A DNA stretch of 63,892 bases, the filler included. It is 9 parts of 9 records of this genome, joined end to end, with 100 filler letters (N's around TTAATTAATTAA, not from the genome) between each part and the next. Parts side by side here need not be neighbours in the genome. Positions count along the whole stretch, not along the records: positions 54,537 to 59,548 come from SRR7504441_2676; positions 59,649 to 63,892 come from SRR7504441_2679; 7 more parts are not named here. One strand, 5' to 3'. The notes below the pieces were generated by a model that saw only the letters and a list, made by a program, of their open reading frames with translations, had not been told where the DNA came from and did no database searches. Numbering within the stretch: the stretch's first letter is position 1; each line of letters begins with the position of its first letter. Made by a program: the position numbers and the translations under genes. Shown one piece after another: positions 58,057 through 63,892 of the stretch.

Positions 58057-59548
58057 ATGTCACGCCTCGCCACTGCGCTCGCCGCCCTGGCCCTGGCGGC
58101 CTCACTCACTGTCTATGCCTCCCCCAACCCTTCACAACTCGCCCGGGGGCTCGGCCAGCTGATCGATGGCTTCCAAGACGAGGAGACGGTGGTGCCCGAG
58201 GAGGAGGACCCGGACGCTGTGCTCACCGAGGAGGCCCCGGCCCCGGAGTACCTTCAAATGCCCAGTCCGCTGGTCCCGGACCGGGCAGCAGGCGCCGCGA
58301 CCGACACTCGGCTCAGGCTGCACGAGACTCGGTTCAAGGATATCTCTGCGAAGGTTCTGGCCGGGCACAGGCACTTTCGCCTGACCCAGACCGGGATCGA
58401 CGGGGCCCCGGAGCTAGAGCTCACTGTGTTCAGCCCGTTCGCCCCGGGGGCGGTGCTCGACAGCGAGGGGCACTCGCAGGGGCTGGAGGGCGTGTTCGAC
58501 GAGATGATCTTCCTCCGGGGGCGGGTAGCTGGGGCCCCGGATTCTATTGCGAGCCTGCACTTTGGTCGACACGGGGCCAACGGAATGGTCCAGAGCAACA
58601 AGCGCACCTGGCAGCTGGCCACTCCGGCCGACCGGTCAGTCCATGCGATACTCACCGAAGTGACGGCCAGTGCTACTGTGACCGACTCCGAGCACGTACA
58701 ACAGGCGCTCGATCAGGAGGTTGTGCCGCCGGTCGAGGCCCTTATCGAGAATAATCTGGCCCAGCTCGGGATCAAGACCAAGCTGCGCACGAGTGACTTT
58801 CTCGGGACCGGCACCAATCCGGTTATCACCGTGGCGATCGAGTGCGATATGGCCTGTGGGAATCTGTTCCCACAGTCGGGCCTCACCCAGATACCGACGC
58901 TGATGGAGATCGAGGAGGAGGGCGACAAGGCGGAGGTTGCCGGGATCAAGGAGCTGCTCGACGAGATCACGACTGAATGGAGCAGTTTCGTGGCTTCTAC
59001 AGCGGGAAGGTTTGTGAGCAAACGGAGGCGCTCGGCCTGCAAGAATTCTGTTACAAAACGGATGACTTGGCTCCAAAATACGTTCAGATCCTGGGAGAAC
59101 GCGGTCAAGGGTGATCTCAGCCTGGTCCAGCTTCACAGCCTTCAGACGAGTGCTGACCAGACCCCAGCGGAGCAAGTCGCGTACATTAAGACGCTGATCA
59201 ACGAGCTTTTGGACGAATGGAACCAGTTTGTGGCTGCCACGCCGAACAAGTACTTGAACAGCCGGCGGTATTGGCACTCCAAGAACTTTGTCACCCGTCG
59301 GATCAAGTGGCTCAAGTGGAGGTTCAATGCCTGGGAGCAGGCGATCAAGAGCGATTTGGGAGAACCTATTCCAACGAGACAGCCGACCCAACAGCCGACT
59401 GCTCCGACAGCCGAGCCGACCGCCGAGGCGACCAGTGATCCAACCGCTGAACCGACTGGGACTCCGACCAATACCCGCAGCCCGACACGAACTCCTACAG
59501 CCGAGCCGACCGCCGAGGCGACCAATGACCCAACCGCTGAACCGACCA
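58057..59548 (+). CDS. Secreted reprolysin (M12B)-like precursor N-terminus with duplicated 80-aa module and PT repeats (3' truncated)
   Basis: Signal peptide MSRLATALAALALAASLTVYA; propeptide-like FLRGRVAGAPDSIASLHFGRHGANGMVQ; ITVAIECD resembles the first strand of the catalytic domain; no HExxH visible before truncation. Confidence 0.55.
59380..59548 (+). repeat. Coding Pro/Thr repeat (TAEPT/TAEAT) with a 90-nt period duplication, at the contig break
   Basis: acagccgagccgaccgccgaggcgacca(g/a)tga(t/c)ccaaccgctgaaccgac at about 59407 and 59497. Confidence 0.85.
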
Positions 59549-59648
59549 NNNNNNNNNNNNNNNNNNNNNNNNNNNNNNNNNNNNNNNNNNNNTTAATTAA
59601 TTAANNNNNNNNNNNNNNNNNNNNNNNNNNNNNNNNNNNNNNNNNNNN
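59549..59648. other. Artificial contig spacer
   Basis: 44 N + TTAATTAATTAA + 44 N. Confidence 0.98.
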
Positions 59649-59846
59649 GCCCAGCAGCTCGACCGCCGGGCCCGCACCGGCGATCGCGTCGATCACCTTG
59701 CCCACTACGGCCTGCCTAGCCGGGTCGTCGCTGCTGCTCGAGTGAACGCAGGTGCCCCGAGGGTGCGGGCCGAGCATCAGCCCGAGGCTCTGACCCGGAA
59801 ACTCCACCGAGATCTCGTACCGGCCGGCCGGCCACCCCGCCGCCAT
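59649..59846 (-). CDS. 5' end of a paralog of the 32847 gene (PDZ-like N-terminus), truncated
   Basis: YEISVEFPGQSLGLMLGPHPRGTCVHSSSSDDPARQAVVGKVIDAIAGAGPAVELLG aligns with YEVSVEEPGQPLELRLAPHPQGTCVRSSSSDDPAWQAVVGKLVSAVAGASGPAVELLG. Confidence 0.85.
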
Positions 59847-60299
59847 CAGCCGACCCCGTCAGCCATCAGCCGACCCCGCCGTCGCCGCCCGCAGCGAGTG
59901 CGACGCACCTCGTTGGGAGGAATCCCAAACGTGCACAAAGGCCGGGATGTTGCCAGGGCCAAATGTACCATTAGCAGACCCCCCTCGGTGTCACTCTCTC
60001 GTTGGCCCAGCCCGACCCCAACTTACTATACAAGTAATTAAAATTAAGCCCAACCGCTGCGTAAGTCTTAGTTAGTAATGACTAGTACTGAATGATTGTA
60101 ATAATGACAATCATGACATTGTACCGTACAATCATGTCGAAGCAACATACTTGTACATGTAGTTAAATATTGTTGATTCTCACATGCTGATTGCTTTTAT
60201 TATACTCAATTTGGCGTGCACTTATCAATGTCGTCAAGCGGGCGTGCGTGTTCACTCACAACAACATGGTACGCGCTAGTGGATGCGTGTCCCTAGCGA

Positions 60300-62443
60300 T
60301 GCCCTCTAGCAATCCCCGAGGCACTTTCATATCCCTCGTGCCATGAAGTGGCCCACCGAGCAACCACTCTGCCCTAGGTTTCCGTCGCTTAGGACTCATT
60401 GCGAGCCTGTTCACTAACTTGATCCTAGCATCCAACGCCTGCTGCTCCCGAGGCTCAATGTGCGTCTGTGCCTGCCAGTCGGACCGTCATCAATCAGAGC
60501 GGCATCGAGGGCAGACCTTTCTAAGCTGTAGCTCCAACTCCTCAACCAGCTTTTCTAACTCAGCAGTGCGGTCTAGTAGTTTCTCGTTGAGGCTCGCCTA
60601 ATAACTCACACTCAACTGCGTATGAAGCCCTTCAGCCACCTTGCTACGGGCCAATTCACAGGCCTCGTTGTGACCACCAACAAGCTCGTGCAGTCTTTCT
60701 TCGGTGGCCTTCTCATGGGTGTTGACAAGCCTCTGCAGTGGCAAGCTGCACTTAGTTTCATTGGACCTATGCCAGGCCACCTGTAGGGAGTCTGTCTTCA
60801 TTTTCTGGTTGTCAACTTCAATCGCGAGGTTCTCCTCTCGCATTATAGCTGCATCCTTTTCACCCACTAGGTCTTTGTGCTTATCTTCCAGCGTCCTCAA
60901 CTTTTGTTGAGCCATTCTAGCTTCTCCCTGTGAAATACTCACATGCACCGTCGACTGGCAGGCAGCTGAACCTGCTTTTCCGCGCACTGGCGCGAGGTAT
61001 ATTTGAGCTCCTTTTCCACTGACTCGAGGTTGCGCACAGTAGCAGCCAACGCCTCTGCATGCTCGACCTGTGATCAAGCGAAGGGTCAGCACACAACAAA
61101 ACCGGTGGGCTCTGCACCTGGTTCTGCTCTGAATTTTCCATTCGCTCTCTCGTGTTCAGCAGGGCAGTATAAAGCTCCCTTAGCACTGCCTTTAGTTCCC
61201 CTTTATGCGCATTATCTCGCCAACGACCGTCTTCAATGGTTGACGCCAAATTCAAAGATTCCTCCCATTGCTTCTGTTGCTTCTCCGGAATTAGTCCAAT
61301 CGTTTGCTGCTCGGTGTTTACTGCATAAGGCAAACCGTATTTTGCCTTCACCTCAACGACCTTTGCCTCGGCCGCTTCAAGCTCTTCTTGCAGGATTATT
61401 GCCTGAAAGCTCGGCAGCTTGTGCCTTGAGATTTACAATCCTTGATTCATCTATGTCACTCACCTCAGACACCATTTTGTCTTGTCTTAAACGACGTGCT
61501 TCTGCTGATACTCGTTCCACTTGTTCCTGCGCTTCAGCAAGCCCTCTTTTGGAATCCGCAATGCATTCCTTCAGCTCACTAAGCTCCTCCGCACTCTCTG
61601 GGTTCGCTGATATCACAGCCCTGTTGAGAATTTCGGATGTTCGTGTAAGCCACATGTTTTCGCGCTCAAGTGCGCCAACTTTCCATAGAGCGTCTCCTTT
61701 GCTTTGCTCCAATAGAGCCAATTGAGCCAAGAGACTCTCTTCGCGAGCTTGTGCCTCTTTTTGCATCTCGGTCATGCTATTCAACGCATTTTCTCGCATT
61801 TCTTGTAGTCTCTCGGTAAGTTCTGCCTCCAGATCTTCTGAGACCAAAGCGTTTCTAATCTGTTGCAACTCCTGCTCCGCAACAAGCGCGCGCTGCGTTT
61901 GAATTTCGAGTTGCTTTTCTAGTGCGCTCTTGTCCAAGACAAATTGTTTGGTGATTTCATCTTCCCTCTCGCGTGCACCAAGCAGGTCCCCTCGCAGCCC
62001 CTTTTCCGATTCCAGAGCCGCCTTCTTAACGTCCTCTTCATTCAGCTCGTGCGCATTCCAAATATTCTTCATAAGTTCTACATGTTGTGTTTCAGCCAAT
62101 TCCTTGACTTCCTTCGCTTGCGTTTCTACGTTCTGCTCAATGGAAGCGATCGAAACCCACATATCTTCGTCGCCAGCATTAGACTGGCGTATGGCTGAAA
62201 CCAAGCGCAGCAATTTTGCCTGCCTCACATGTTGCCTATGATAGAACAGAGCAGCTACCTCCCGATCTAATGCCTCTTGTAGGGCCTCTTCAGTGTTCGC
62301 TTCTCCCGCAGTCCGCTTGCGTCGTGACTTCAAGTAGTCCTCCCTGTACATCCGTCAGTCACGCCCTATCCAGCAGCCCACCTGACGTCCAGAATAGTCC
62401 GGTCGTGCGCATCAAGCGCTAGCATGGTCTCGTCATCGTCCAT
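60300..62443 (-). CDS. Hypothetical long coiled-coil protein, multi-intron; both ends approximate
   Basis: MDDDETMLALDAHDRTILDVR|EDYLKSRR... then E/K/L/Q-rich ORF fragments 61377-62351, 60917-61351 and 60598-60916. Confidence 0.55.
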
Positions 62444-62850
62444 ACCGCCCTGAATCTGTGCTTAGCGCGCGATTAGGCGGCGCTAATGCACCGTATGCCC
62501 ACTGGAAGCAGCGCCCTGCGTCTGCCATACCGCGAGCGCCTCCGCCGCTCCAGCGCTGTTGATCTCACCCTCGAGCGTCCAGGCGACTCTGGGCTGGCCC
62601 GAGCCCGACCTCCCTAAAACGAGCTTCGCTGTAGCCGCGCCAGACAGAACGAGGGTCTCGCTGTCCAAACCGGGCACCCCGGCAGCACCGGGGCGCCCGG
62701 TCTCCTTGGCAGCCCGATGCAAGTCCACCGGACCGAGGGCCGGCGACCCGTCGTGGGTGATCTGGGACCAAGCGTTCCAGTCCGGGTTGGGTCGCGATTC
62801 CGGCAGCCGCGGTCATCTGCATCGTCACCTGCTTCTGTGCTGAGACTTGC

Positions 62851-63204
62851 ATGAGCGGTTTCTGTGGCAAGTGCATGAGTTTCCTGGCAATCGGGGCGCT
62901 CGTGTTTGCAACAGTGGCCTTTGTGATTGCGCCCGCCGTGCTTTCAGGGGAGTGCGAGGACCTGAACAAGAACCCCTTTACTCAGCTGAGCTATGGAACC
63001 TGGGGGCAAGAAGGAAAGATGGGGATGAGTTTCTCTTTCATCTGCCAGCTCGTTGCCATCTTCTTTACTCTCATTTCGCTCATTTGCTACCTGGTCTTCT
63101 TTTTCCTGAAGCCGAAGGGAGATGGGGATGGCCTTGACGCGCACGGTGACCCATACGACAAGCCGATCCAGTACCCGATTGCTGGCCAGAGCACCCAAGC
63201 CTAA
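62851..63204 (+). CDS. Small two-TM hypothetical protein
   Basis: 117-aa ORF with hydrophobic FLAIGALVFATVAFVIAPAVL and ICQLVAIFFTLISLICYLVFFFL. Confidence 0.6.
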   Translation: MSGFCGKCMSFLAIGALVFATVAFVIAPAVLSGECEDLNKNPFTQLSYGTWGQEGKMGMSFSFICQLVAIFFTLISLICYLVFFFLKPKGDGDGLDAHGDPYDKPIQYPIAGQSTQA

Positions 63205-63586
63205 GCACAGCTCCCCTGAGCTTGTGGCTTAGCTCGCGAACCCTGGCGATTAGGCCAGATTGAAAACAAGCTCTCGGTGGCGATGCGTCCATTCAGGAGA
63301 CCAAAGAAGGTGGAAACTAAATACGTACGGCATCTTGCATCCGATGGCAAACATGTAGAATCATGACTGCAATCATATCTATCAATGCTTAGATTTGACG
63401 ACGTTGCATTGAAAGGTCATTCTATATTGCGTGCGGGCGATGATTTGCGCGATGTGATCATATGTGATAATATGTGAAGTAAGCATATTGCTTTAATAAA
63501 TCATTCGTGTCGATCGATTGACATCACACTAGTACTTATTTATCTTGTGGAGATTACCGTGTTCACCCGATCAGGGTTTCTATAGC

Positions 63587-63892
63587 TCAACCAAGCTTGC
63601 CAAGTTCCCATTTCTTTTGCATGGCCTCTGTCCCTCGATATACCATCTTGTCCACGATCCCAGCCACGGTAAAAACTCCTCCTGCGTAGGGAGGACTCAG
63701 AATGTGGTTCTATCCTGCAGGCAGCGTACCAACAATAGCGCATACAGATGTCAAAAAGGTGGCAAATGAAGGGCGCGTCTCTGTGAATGTGCACATGATG
63801 GGAGACAGGTCGTAGAAAACGAAAACGCCTGGGAGGCCCCTCCCAGCTGCCTGGTCCAGCCCACGGAAGTGGTAGGTCACAGAGTATTGATT
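63587..63892 (-). CDS. ERGIC3: C-terminus of ERGIC3/Erv46 (ER-Golgi intermediate compartment protein); intron 63682-63729
   Basis: NQYSVT...GLPGVFVFYDLSPIMCTFTETRPSFATFLTSVCAIVG|GVFTVAGIVDKMVY...KKWELGKLG*; this frame is not in the ORF track. Confidence 0.88.

Noticed and set aside
16497-59648. Eight identical N44-TTAATTAATTAA-N44 blocks that look like a regular repeat
   Set aside because: Artificial contig linkers; adjacency across them has no biological meaning.

Overview
This window is not one locus. It is nine short contigs (about 4-16 kb) from a GC-rich, gene-dense eukaryote, joined by artificial 100-nt spacers (44 N + TTAATTAATTAA + 44 N). POC1, sterol enzymes, DHHC and ERGIC3 point to a centriole-bearing protist; the taxon cannot be fixed from the sequence alone. 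Genes are split by many very short spliceosomal introns (mostly 37-48 nt, often GC-AG), so most ORFs in the six-frame track are exon fragments or shadow frames. I reconstructed about 35 genes by hand-splicing. They often sit as head-to-head pairs sharing tiny intergenic regions, and they end at AT-rich tracts containing (T)TAATTAA. The standout is 32847-38791 (+), which splices into one protein of about 1,750-1,800 aa. It has a PDZ-like N-terminus, two membrane-flanked dCache-like sensor domains (the second with a YxxxxRxWY..Y..D amino-acid-binding-type motif) and a two-pore-channel-like 2x6TM pore with an EF-hand. It is a candidate ligand-gated chemosensory channel, and a paralogous N-terminus lies at 59649-59846. 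Other notable genes are a secreted collagen-like protein with about 830 aa of Gly-X-Y, an EF-hand/inositol polyphosphate kinase fusion, a PDZ-PDZ-Sec14 protein, a double-LDMSLDD RGG protein, and a reprolysin-like precursor with a duplicated 80-aa module. All domain calls come from motif recognition by eye and need HMM or structure confirmation.
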